A stretch of DNA of 18,250 nucleotides from Promethearchaeota archaeon (GCA_027031765.1 JALVPN010000115.1:1-18250); one strand, 5' to 3'; shown: positions 1 to 7,266, numbered from the stretch's first letter. The notes: generated from the sequence alone by a model not told the origin. Translations and numbers: made by a program.

Positions 1-209
1 AGGTCGACGGGATTGTCACCGCCTGCGAGTTCTGTGACATCCAGCTCACGCAGGTCCAGTTCGACGAGGAGGTGCACCCGGCAGAACGGATACCCGTCCT
101 AACACTTCCACAACTCTTGGGCCCAGCCATGGGCATTGAAGAGGACAAGCTCGGCATCGACCTCAACCGGATCAGTCCACGTGGCATTCTCGAGGCGTTG
201 GAGGCATGA
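1..209 (+). CDS. hdrB: Heterodisulfide reductase subunit B, C-terminal part (runs off the 5' edge)
   Basis: Manual translation from position 3 gives VDGIVTACEFCDIQLTQVQF...IPVLTLPQLLGPAMGIEEDKLG...LEA*, with TGA at 207-209. This matches the end of the second CCG domain of HdrB (IVTACPFC...IPVLHYxQLLGLAMG). The stop overlaps the hdrA start (ATGA). Confidence 0.85.
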   Translation, partial: VDGIVTACEFCDIQLTQVQFDEEVHPAERIPVLTLPQLLGPAMGIEEDKLGIDLNRISPRGILEALEA

Positions 210-1960
210 TGATGACAGCACAGGAAGAACCAAGGATTGGAGTGTTTGTCTGCCACTGCGGCCACAACATTGCGGGAGTCGTCGATGTTGTCCGGGTGGC
301 CGAGTATGCAAAGTCACTGCCACACGTGGTGTTCGCTACGGATGAGATGTTCATGTGTTCGGACGCAGGACAGCAACTCATCCGGGACAAGATTGCAGAG
401 TATGACCTGAACAGAGTGGTCGTTGCAAGCTGTTCACCACGGATGCACGAGCCCACGTTCAGGCGCGTTGTGGAAGAGGCCGGCCTCAACAGGTACCTCT
501 TCGAACAGGTGAACCTCCGGGAACATGTCTCGTGGTGTCACATGCGAGAGCCTGAGCTCTCCACCGAGAAGGCGATTGACCTAGTCCGCATGGCAGTTGC
601 AAGGGCGGCCAAGCTGGAGGGGCTGCCTGTCAAGAGCGTCAAGGTGACCCCTCGCACGCTCGTTGTCGGTGGCGGGATAACCGGCATCCGGGCCGCCCTC
701 GACATCGCAGACCGTGGCTTCGAGGTCGTCCTTGTGGAGCGTGAGCCCAAGTTGGGCGGCAACCTGGTCAAGTGGAACCATGTTTTTCCGGTGGACAAGA
801 GTGGCAAGAAGATACTCGGCCCGTTGATAAAGCGTGTCAAGTCCCATGAGAGGGTGCGGGTGTTCACCAACAGCGAGGTGTCCGACTTTGACGGTTATAT
901 CGGCAATTTCGTTGCCACCATCCGCAACAACAAGACCGGCAAGGAGGAACAGGTCGAGGTCGGTACGGTGATAATCGCCACGGGGTTCAAGGCATATGAG
1001 CCCGTGGAATACTATGCCTACGGCCAGTCCCCAGACATCATGACCCTCGCGGAGTTCCACCAGCGCCCAGGCGACGAGCTGCTGAAGCGGCCCAGTGACG
1101 GCAGGCCTGTCAAGAAGATAGTATGCATCGGCTGCGTGGGCTCGCGGGAGCCCGGCAAGCAAGGCCACGAGCACTGTTCACGGTACTGCTGTACGGCGGT
1201 GGCAAAGACCGCTGCTGATATCCGGTCCGACGTAGAGGAGGTCGTTGTACTCTACCAAGACGTACGGACATACGGCAAGGGCCACGAGGAGTTCCACCGC
1301 CTTGCCAGGCTCCGATACGTCATGTACAGCAAGTTCCCACGGGAGGAGAAGCCGCAGGTGACCGTGGCCGACGGCGAGCTGACGGTCAAGTGGCACGATG
1401 TCCTCTCCGGCGACGACTTCGAGTTCCACCCTGACATCATTGTCCTGGCATCGGCAATGGTGCCACCGGACGGCATAGACGACGTCGCCAAGATGTTCGG
1501 CCTGACACGCAGTGCTGACGGCTTCTTCAACCCAGAACACATCAAGCTCGCACCACTGACCACTCACACAGCCGGCGTGATGATTGCAGGCACCGCACAG
1601 GCTGCAAAGAACGCCACGGAGTCGGTGGTCGATGCCAGTGGCGCAGCTGCAAAGGCGGTCGGCCTGATGGCACGCGGTGAGGTGGAGATCGAGTCCACGA
1701 CAGCCCAGGTGATTGAAGACCTCTGTTCGTCGTGTCACACCTGCGTCGCGGCCTGTCCCTACGGCGCGATTGCCATGGACGAGTCGAAAGACCCGCCAGT
1801 AGCACATGTGACATCGGCAAAGTGTCACGGGTGCGGCACGTGTGCTGCTGCCTGCCCGAGCAGTGCCATTCTGATGCTCCACTCAACAGATGAGCAGATC
1901 ATGGCCATGGTGGAGGCATTCCTGACACCCGCACCCGAGATTGGAGGAGGTGAGGCGTGA
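206..1960 (+). CDS. hdrA: Heterodisulfide reductase subunit A (FAD, Fe-S), short form lacking the inserted ferredoxin domain
   Basis: N-terminal RIGVFVCHCG..NI, MCS and SCSPRMHE motifs; FAD motif VVGGGITG; CIGCVGSR...CSRYCC cluster motif; two C-terminal CxxCxxCxxxCP motifs. GGAGG at 200-204 precedes three tandem ATGs (206/209/212), so the true start may be 209 or 212. Confidence 0.95.
   Translation: MMMTAQEEPRIGVFVCHCGHNIAGVVDVVRVAEYAKSLPHVVFATDEMFMCSDAGQQLIRDKIAEYDLNRVVVASCSPRMHEPTFRRVVEEAGLNRYLFEQVNLREHVSWCHMREPELSTEKAIDLVRMAVARAAKLEGLPVKSVKVTPRTLVVGGGITGIRAALDIADRGFEVVLVEREPKLGGNLVKWNHVFPVDKSGKKILGPLIKRVKSHERVRVFTNSEVSDFDGYIGNFVATIRNNKTGKEEQVEVGTVIIATGFKAYEPVEYYAYGQSPDIMTLAEFHQRPGDELLKRPSDGRPVKKIVCIGCVGSREPGKQGHEHCSRYCCTAVAKTAADIRSDVEEVVVLYQDVRTYGKGHEEFHRLARLRYVMYSKFPREEKPQVTVADGELTVKWHDVLSGDDFEFHPDIIVLASAMVPPDGIDDVAKMFGLTRSADGFFNPEHIKLAPLTTHTAGVMIAGTAQAAKNATESVVDASGAAAKAVGLMARGEVEIESTTAQVIEDLCSSCHTCVAACPYGAIAMDESKDPPVAHVTSAKCHGCGTCAAACPSSAILMLHSTDEQIMAMVEAFLTPAPEIGGGEA
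1946..1953 (+). promoter_or_regulatory. Shine-Dalgarno site for mvhD, inside the 3' end of hdrA
   Basis: GGAGGTGA lies just upstream of GTG 1957/ATG 1960. Similar GGAGG motifs precede 2404 (2388-2392), 2639 (2628-2633) and 3571 (3556-3560), consistent with a coupled operon. Confidence 0.7.
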
Positions 1961-2403
1961 TGGCCACAACAGCCGAGACCAAGACCCAAGACGAGCAGTG
2001 GGAGCCGAGAATCCTCGCCTTCTGCTGCAACTGGTGCTCATACGCAGGGGCTGACCTTGCCGGCACCAGCAGGATACAGTACCCTACGAACGTGAGGATA
2101 ATGCGGGTGAACTGCACCGGGCGGATTGACGTTGACTTCATCCTTGCTGCCCTGGAAAAGGGCGCTGACGGTGTCCTTGTCAGCGGCTGTCACCCCGGTG
2201 ACTGTCACTACACGAGCGGGAACCTGAAACTACGGGCGCGGTGGGCCCTCTTGGAGGAGGCCCTCAAGCAGGCGGGTGTTGACCCCAGGAGGGTGAGGCT
2301 CCAGTGGGCGAGCGCATCTGAGGCACAGGCCTTTGCTGATGGTGTCCGGATAATCGTAGACCAGGTGCGCAAGCTTGGCCCGATGAAGGAGGCGTGGAAG
2401 TAG
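1957..2403 (+). CDS. mvhD: F420-non-reducing hydrogenase iron-sulfur subunit D ([2Fe-2S]), all-Cys form
   Basis: FCCNWCSYAGADLAG, RVNCTGRID and ADGVLVSGCHPGDCHY motifs; lies directly after hdrA. Confidence 0.95.
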   Translation: MMATTAETKTQDEQWEPRILAFCCNWCSYAGADLAGTSRIQYPTNVRIMRVNCTGRIDVDFILAALEKGADGVLVSGCHPGDCHYTSGNLKLRARWALLEEALKQAGVDPRRVRLQWASASEAQAFADGVRIIVDQVRKLGPMKEAWK

Positions 2404-2637
2404 ATGCGGGACTTCGACCGGTACTTCTACCAGAAGCGCACGGATGTACAGCGCCAGCGTGCGGCCATTGAGCAGGTCCTCAAAGGCGGCCCCAGCACGG
2501 TGAGCAGGATTGCAGAGGCCACCGGTATGCCGAGCAGCCTTGTCGTCTGGAACCTGATGGGCATGCTCCGGTGGGGCGTGGTCGACGTTGCCGGAGAGGA
2601 AGAGCACGAGCTGGTGTACACCCTGAAGGAGGTCTGA
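2404..2637 (+). CDS. Small winged helix-turn-helix protein inside the hdr/mvh operon, function unknown
   Basis: 77 aa. The pattern IEQVLKGGPSTVSRIAEATGMPSSLVVWNLMGMLRWGVV followed by a beta-hairpin (VAGEEEHELVYTL) is wHTH-like. It has its own SD and abuts both neighbours. Confidence 0.8.
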   Translation: MRDFDRYFYQKRTDVQRQRAAIEQVLKGGPSTVSRIAEATGMPSSLVVWNLMGMLRWGVVDVAGEEEHELVYTLKEV

Positions 2638-2638
2638 C

Positions 2639-3574
2639 ATGATGGCTGAACCAATACCAGTCGCAATGGGACAGGGCAGCTCCTGCTGGGGCTGTTTCCA
2701 GAGCCTTGTGGACATGCACCTCCGGCTTGCTGATGTCCTACCACTCCTCGACATCAAGTACTGGCAGGCAGTGGTGGACTACAAGCTGGAAGACCTTGAG
2801 AACTACCCCGACAAGTCGATAGTGGTCGGCCTGTACGAGGGGATGGCCCGGACCGAGGAGGACGTCCACCTGCTGAAGCTCATGCGTCAGAAGTGTAAGG
2901 TCCTCGTGGCCTTCGGCACGTGCTCCTGCTACGGTGGCATCCCGGGCCTCGCCAATGCCTGGGACATCGAGGAGTGCTACGATGTCAAGTTCAGGGAGAA
3001 CAAGACATTCTCCGGTGGCAAGGTGCCGACAGAGAACCTGCCACCCATCGAGCCCGTGGTGCATCCGAACAGCGACTACGTCGACTTTGACATCTACCTC
3101 CCCGGCTGCCCGCCCACGTCAGACCTCATTGTGAAGGCAATCACTGCCCTGCTTGAGGGCAAGGAACTTGAGCTGCCGACGTACACGGTCTGCCACTACT
3201 GTCCACGTGAGAAGAAGGAGACCCCAATACCTGAGATCCTCCGGCCGTTCAGGGGGAACGCAGACCCGGACAGGTGCCTCCTCGAACAGGGGTACATCTG
3301 CCTCGGCTCTGCCACCTGGGGCCTCTGTGAGGGACAGTGCGTCAGCAAGGGCGTCACATGCAGGGGCTGTTTTGGCCCGCCACCACCCATCACTCAGGAC
3401 CAGGGCGCAGCCGCCATGTCGATGCTCGGGACATATGCACCCCTGGAGCCGGAGAAGCTCAAGGAACAGGTGCCCGACCCGCTTGGCTGCTTCTACCGGT
3501 TCACCTATCCTTCCAGTCGTCTGGGGCGGATGCGGATACGTCGGGAGGAGCTCAAGGAGGCGAGTGAGGAATGA
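2639..3574 (+). CDS. mvhG: F420-non-reducing [NiFe] hydrogenase small subunit
   Basis: SSCWGC, EG, AFGTCSCYGGIPGLAN and YLPGCPP proximal-cluster motifs; C-terminal VCHYCPR...CLLEQGYICLG...CEGQC...CRGCFGP. Confidence 0.95.
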   Translation: MMAEPIPVAMGQGSSCWGCFQSLVDMHLRLADVLPLLDIKYWQAVVDYKLEDLENYPDKSIVVGLYEGMARTEEDVHLLKLMRQKCKVLVAFGTCSCYGGIPGLANAWDIEECYDVKFRENKTFSGGKVPTENLPPIEPVVHPNSDYVDFDIYLPGCPPTSDLIVKAITALLEGKELELPTYTVCHYCPREKKETPIPEILRPFRGNADPDRCLLEQGYICLGSATWGLCEGQCVSKGVTCRGCFGPPPPITQDQGAAAMSMLGTYAPLEPEKLKEQVPDPLGCFYRFTYPSSRLGRMRIRREELKEASEE

Positions 3575-4887
3575 CTGAGGACAGAGTGATACGAGTAGAG
3601 CCCGTCACCCGACTGGAGGGGCACGGGGCACTGACCATCCGGCTCGGCCCGGGCAACAAGGTCAAGGACATCCAGTTCAATGTGAGCAGTACGCGGTTCT
3701 TCGAGAAGTTCCTTGAAGGCCGCCCGATGGAGGAGGCCCCACGGATTGCACCGCGTATCTGTGGGATATGTCCCATACCACATCACCTCGCATCCGTGAA
3801 GGCGGTCGAGGCAGCATGGGATGTCACCCCACCTCCAGCAGCCATCAAGCTCAGGCGCTTGCTCATTGAGGCCAAGCAGCTCTCCTCCCACGCAATCCAC
3901 TTCTACGCCCTCGCAGCCCCCGACTTTGTGTTCGGGCCGTTCGCAGATCCAGGCGTCCGGAATGTCGCTGCTGTCCTGAAGCACCTGCCCGACGTTGCCG
4001 TACAGGCAATCAAGCTGATGGAGTTCGGTCAGGAGCTGTGCAGGGACATCGGCGCAAAGGCAATCCACCCGACGACGGCAATCCCTGGGGGCATGCTCTC
4101 ACCCCTCAGTGAAGGGGACCGCGACAAGTGGCTGAGGCAGGTCCCGGAGATGATGGAGAACATCAACAAGACGGTGGAGCTGGCCAAGAAGGTCGTCAAC
4201 GACTACATTGATGTGGTCACCAAGGTGGCTGTGACACCGACCTACTACATCGGCCTCAGCAACGACGGCGCCCTCGACATCTATGACGGCACCGTCAGGG
4301 TAATGGACCCGGAGGGCAAGATAGTGGCCGACTTCAAGCCCCCAGAGTACACCGAGTACTATGGCGAGTACATACCAGACCACTCATATGCGACGCACAT
4401 CTACTACAAGCCAGCAGGCTACCCCGACGGCATCTGGAGGGCCAACACACTGGCCAGGTGCAACGTCAACGAGCGCATGGCCACCCCGCTCGCCGATGAG
4501 GCGCTCAAGGAGATGCGTGGACTCGTCGGCCGGCCGTCCCATCACACCTTTGCGTACCACTACGCACGGGTGGTCGAGATGGTGCAGGCTGCAGAGATGA
4601 TACAGCGGCTCCTTGAAGACCCCGAAACCGTCAGTACGGACGTCAAGCTCTCTGATGTGGAGCCAAAGGCAGGTGACGGTGTCGGGATTGTGGAGGCCCC
4701 ACGTGGGACGCTGCTCCACAACTACGTCAGCGACGACAGGGGCATGCTCGTCCGTGCCAACCTGATAGTCGCCACCAACAACAACATCGCTGGGATTGAG
4801 AAGTCCCTGATGGACGCCGCCCGCTTCGTATTCGAACAGGACGGCCTGAAGGAGCTGAGCCTCCCCGAACCACTCGTCAAGACATAG
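3571..4887 (+). CDS. mvhA: Group 3c [NiFe] hydrogenase large subunit lacking the C-terminal Ni-binding motif (VhuA-type split subunit)
   Basis: EPVTRLEGHG, the L1 motif RICGICPIPHH, and VEAPRGTLLHNY / NLIVATNNN are present. There is no L2 motif (DPCxxCxxH) before the TAG at 4885-4887. Confidence 0.93.
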   Translation: MTEDRVIRVEPVTRLEGHGALTIRLGPGNKVKDIQFNVSSTRFFEKFLEGRPMEEAPRIAPRICGICPIPHHLASVKAVEAAWDVTPPPAAIKLRRLLIEAKQLSSHAIHFYALAAPDFVFGPFADPGVRNVAAVLKHLPDVAVQAIKLMEFGQELCRDIGAKAIHPTTAIPGGMLSPLSEGDRDKWLRQVPEMMENINKTVELAKKVVNDYIDVVTKVAVTPTYYIGLSNDGALDIYDGTVRVMDPEGKIVADFKPPEYTEYYGEYIPDHSYATHIYYKPAGYPDGIWRANTLARCNVNERMATPLADEALKEMRGLVGRPSHHTFAYHYARVVEMVQAAEMIQRLLEDPETVSTDVKLSDVEPKAGDGVGIVEAPRGTLLHNYVSDDRGMLVRANLIVATNNNIAGIEKSLMDAARFVFEQDGLKELSLPEPLVKT

Positions 4888-4906
4888 GCCCAAGGACTGA
4901 TGGAGA

Positions 4907-5059
4907 ATGACCGAAGAAATCCCTGAAGGACTGCTCAACCTCCTTGAGATGGTTGTGCGGTGCTATGACTGCTGACTATCATGCGGCGCTCATCTCGTCA
5001 TCGTTGACGAGGAGGGCCGCGAGGTAGTCCGGAAGGAGCTCGTGACCGGCGGTGGATGA
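4907..5059 (+). CDS. vhuU: VhuU-type selenocysteine-containing C-terminal peptide of the hydrogenase large subunit (TGA 4973-4975 = Sec23)
   Basis: Manual translation: MTEEIPEGLLNLLEMVVRCYDC[TGA]LSCGAHLVIVDEEGREVVRKELVTGGG*. It aligns with the MvhA C-terminus (..NLMEMVIRAYDPCLSCATH..), with TGA exactly at the first Cys of the L2 motif. The frame stays protein-like after the TGA and a SECIS-like hairpin follows. Confidence 0.9.
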
Positions 5060-5117
5060 AGGCCCGGCCAAAAGGTGCGTGCCGGGCTGGACGGCCCCGC
5101 AAGGGCCCGCCAGTCAC
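5042..5117 (+). promoter_or_regulatory. Eukaryote-like SECIS element (core 5056-5092) overlapping the vhuU stop codon
   Basis: AUGAA (5056-5060) and GGAC (5089-5092) give tandem G.A/A.G pairs. An 8-bp stem GGCCCGGC/GCCGGGCU (5061-5068/5081-5088) leads to an apical loop with AAAA (5070-5073). A basal helix GUGAC-C-GGCGG/CCGCC-A-GUCAC pairs at 10 of 11 positions. The core is 80 nt downstream of the in-frame UGA. Folded by eye only. Confidence 0.75.
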
Positions 5118-5138
5118 GCTCCTCCCCCACCTTTTTCT
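5118..5138 (+). terminator. Possible archaeal pyrimidine/oligo-T terminator of the hdr-mvh operon
   Basis: GCTCCTCCCCCACCTTTTTCT directly follows the SECIS. T5 tracts are rare in this GC-rich window and the next gene is convergent. Confidence 0.4.
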
Positions 5139-5346
5139 ATGACACGCTACACTGTGGGCTGTCAGGCAGGGCCCGCACCCGGGTCGGCCTGTTCCCCTTT
5201 CCAATCTCTAGCTGTGGGCCCGGGCCCTTCCATGGAGTACCACAGTGATTGCCGGTGGTGTCCAGACCTCGTGCCGGCATGTCCACCACACTGTCACCCA
5301 GTCGGCTCTCGATAGTCGGGGGGTATGAGAGTGTACCAGTGTTGAG

Positions 5347-6312
5347 CTAGGTCCACTGTGACTTTGACCACACGACCGCTATCCCGTTGGCCATGCCCAC
5401 GTAGAGCCACCGCCCGTCCACGGACAGCGACGTGACTGGCCCTTCCTGCCTGATCACCGCGTTGCACTCCAAGCTGTCCTTGTTGAAGACCCGCACCGTC
5501 CTGTCGTAGGAGCCACTGTAGACGAACTCCGCATCAGTTGTAAGGGCCCGGACATCCGAGTCGTGCCCGCTGAGTGTCCCAACGTGGTGCAGACCTGGCA
5601 GAGTGTAGACTAGCACCACATTGTCCCTCGATGCACTGAAGAGGCGTCCTTCATCCACCTCGATGACATACGATGCGTTTCTCGGGCCCTGGTATGGCAG
5701 TACCCCCTTCGTCAGTGGCCGTGGGACGACAGAAATCCCATTCTCCTCCCCTGCAGCGTAGAGATTCTCGTTGTCTGCTGCAAGGGCACAGACGCGGTCG
5801 CAATAGTCATAGAGGACAGTCTTGATATCAAGCGTCCTGCGGTCACGGATCTCAACGGTCGCACCTGATGCCACGTACAGGTGCCTGTCATCGAGTGCGA
5901 GGGCACGTACAGGCCCGGGGTATCCCCCTGATGCCAGCAGCCACTTCCAGCCGGGAAGTGACCAGGCATGGAGCGCTTCAGAACTCAGACCTGCGAGTAC
6001 CCTGTCCTCGTCAACGAGGAGGGCAGACACCGTGCCAGAGAGCCGCCACATACTGCTGTCATAGTGCCATGACCCGACCTTGAAGACCTGGACTCCGTTG
6101 CCGCGGGCCACGAACACCAGCTGGCCTGCTCTCGCTATGTTACTGACGGGCCCTGTAAGCCCCAGCATGACACGTTCCGGCGGGACGAGCCGGGCCTCTG
6201 GCACGTATTTGTGCCGTGACGACACCAATCTGGCTTCCCTCGTGAGGCCTCCCTTGTCACAATGAAAGAAAAAACCTTCGAATACATGTCCTCCTCCCAT
6301 GCTCATCCACAC
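5347..6312 (-). CDS. WD40-repeat beta-propeller protein
   Basis: About 7 repeats of ~40 aa, clearest at LSGHDSDVRALTTDAEFVYSGSYDRTVRVF and LFSASRDNVVLVY. The start is uncertain: the first ~28 codons overlap an AT-rich tract (6261-6275), so TTG 6228 or GTG 6225 may be the real start. Confidence 0.85.
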   Translation of the reverse strand: MWMSMGGGHVFEGFFFHCDKGGLTREARLVSSRHKYVPEARLVPPERVMLGLTGPVSNIARAGQLVFVARGNGVQVFKVGSWHYDSSMWRLSGTVSALLVDEDRVLAGLSSEALHAWSLPGWKWLLASGGYPGPVRALALDDRHLYVASGATVEIRDRRTLDIKTVLYDYCDRVCALAADNENLYAAGEENGISVVPRPLTKGVLPYQGPRNASYVIEVDEGRLFSASRDNVVLVYTLPGLHHVGTLSGHDSDVRALTTDAEFVYSGSYDRTVRVFNKDSLECNAVIRQEGPVTSLSVDGRWLYVGMANGIAVVWSKSQWT

Positions 6313-6397
6313 ATGTGGCCCGTGACACCGTGACAGCCACCAGGACGCTACTTGTAGCCCCTCCCACCGTCTGCACCTGCGTCCTGTCCCTCCTACC

Positions 6398-6405
6398 TTT
6401 TATGC
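6398..6405 (+). promoter_or_regulatory. Possible TATA box for the DDAH gene
   Basis: TTTTATGC about 30 nt upstream of ATG 6436, a spacing that fits a leaderless or short-leader archaeal transcript. Confidence 0.35.
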
Positions 6406-6435
6406 GCTGGGTGTGCACCGTCCTTGCTGTCCAAG

Positions 6436-7194
6436 ATGTCACTCGCATACCGTTCGGCCATCGTCCGGCCACCGTCACCAGCTCTGGGACAGTGCGTGTC
6501 ATCCCATCCACTCGCCCACACAGTGGACATACGGAGGGCGCAGGCGCAACACCAAGCATATGTGGACGCCCTCGTCAATCTCGGTCTTGATGTCACAGTG
6601 CTGCCACCCCTCCCACTCCCTGACTCGTGCTTTGTGGAGGACACGGCGGTCGTCCGTGACAACCGGGCAGTCCTCACACGGCCGCGCCCTGAGAGCCGCC
6701 GTCCCGAAGTGGACGCAATCGCACCGGTGCTCGGAGAGCACTTCGACTGCGTGCGTGTCGAGGCGCCGGCAACCCTTGAGGGCGGCGATGTCATCCACCT
6801 GTCAGACCGCCTCGTGGTAGGGGTGTCATCAAGGACGACGCCAGACGGGGTGGAGCAGCTCCGCACCCTCCTTGGCGTCCACGTCGACACGGTCACTGAC
6901 ACGACCATGATGCACCTCAAGTCGCACGTCACTGCTGTAAGCGACACGTTGTTCGTGTGTACACCCCGGTTCACGGGACACCGGGCCCTGCGGGCCGAGG
7001 AGGTGGTGGTCGTCCCACCGCCGGAGTCGCATGCCGCAAACACGCTGACCATCAATGGTACTGTGCTTCTGCCTGCGGGCTGTCCGCTGACAACACACGA
7101 GTTACGGGAGCGCGGCTTCGATGTTGTCGAGCTTGAGATGGACCAGTTCAGGCTGTGCGACGGGGCACTGACATGCCTGTCCGTATTGTTCTAG
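6436..7194 (+). CDS. ddah: N(G),N(G)-dimethylarginine dimethylaminohydrolase (amidinotransferase superfamily)
   Basis: AIVRPP, FVEDTAVV, SRRPEV, LEGGDVI, MHLKS (catalytic His) and DGALTCLS (catalytic Cys) motifs. ATG 6436 is preferred over TTG 6424. Confidence 0.9.
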   Translation: MSLAYRSAIVRPPSPALGQCVSSHPLAHTVDIRRAQAQHQAYVDALVNLGLDVTVLPPLPLPDSCFVEDTAVVRDNRAVLTRPRPESRRPEVDAIAPVLGEHFDCVRVEAPATLEGGDVIHLSDRLVVGVSSRTTPDGVEQLRTLLGVHVDTVTDTTMMHLKSHVTAVSDTLFVCTPRFTGHRALRAEEVVVVPPPESHAANTLTINGTVLLPAGCPLTTHELRERGFDVVELEMDQFRLCDGALTCLSVLF

Positions 7195-7266
7195 CCCTCA
7201 CGACCAGCGACTGGTTGACCAGGTCATAGTACGAGCCACTGGACGACGTCGCCAGTCCGCAGAGGG

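Noticed and set aside
21-35. HdrB CCG motif reads ACEFC instead of ACPFC
   Set aside because: Both Cys ligands are kept and the gene is partial. A single spacer change is not enough to infer altered function.
206-2403. Selenocysteine in HdrA or MvhD
   Set aside because: Both frames are open with Cys at the ligand positions and contain no in-frame TGA. I saw no second SECIS-like motif.
2401-2406. Readthrough fusion of MvhD and the wHTH protein across TAG-ATG
   Set aside because: MvhD is already full length and the wHTH gene has its own GGAGG 11 nt upstream of its ATG, so stop-restart coupling is the simpler reading.
4885-4925. Readthrough of the mvhA TAG, or a sequencing frameshift, giving an unsplit MvhA
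   Set aside because: The downstream peptide is in another frame and the mvhA frame hits TGA 13 codons later. The peptide has its own ATG, and the split point fits the known VhuA/VhuU arrangement.
5216-5227. Perfect palindrome GGGCCCGGGCCC between convergent genes
   Set aside because: It is short, all-GC and plausible by chance at this base composition.
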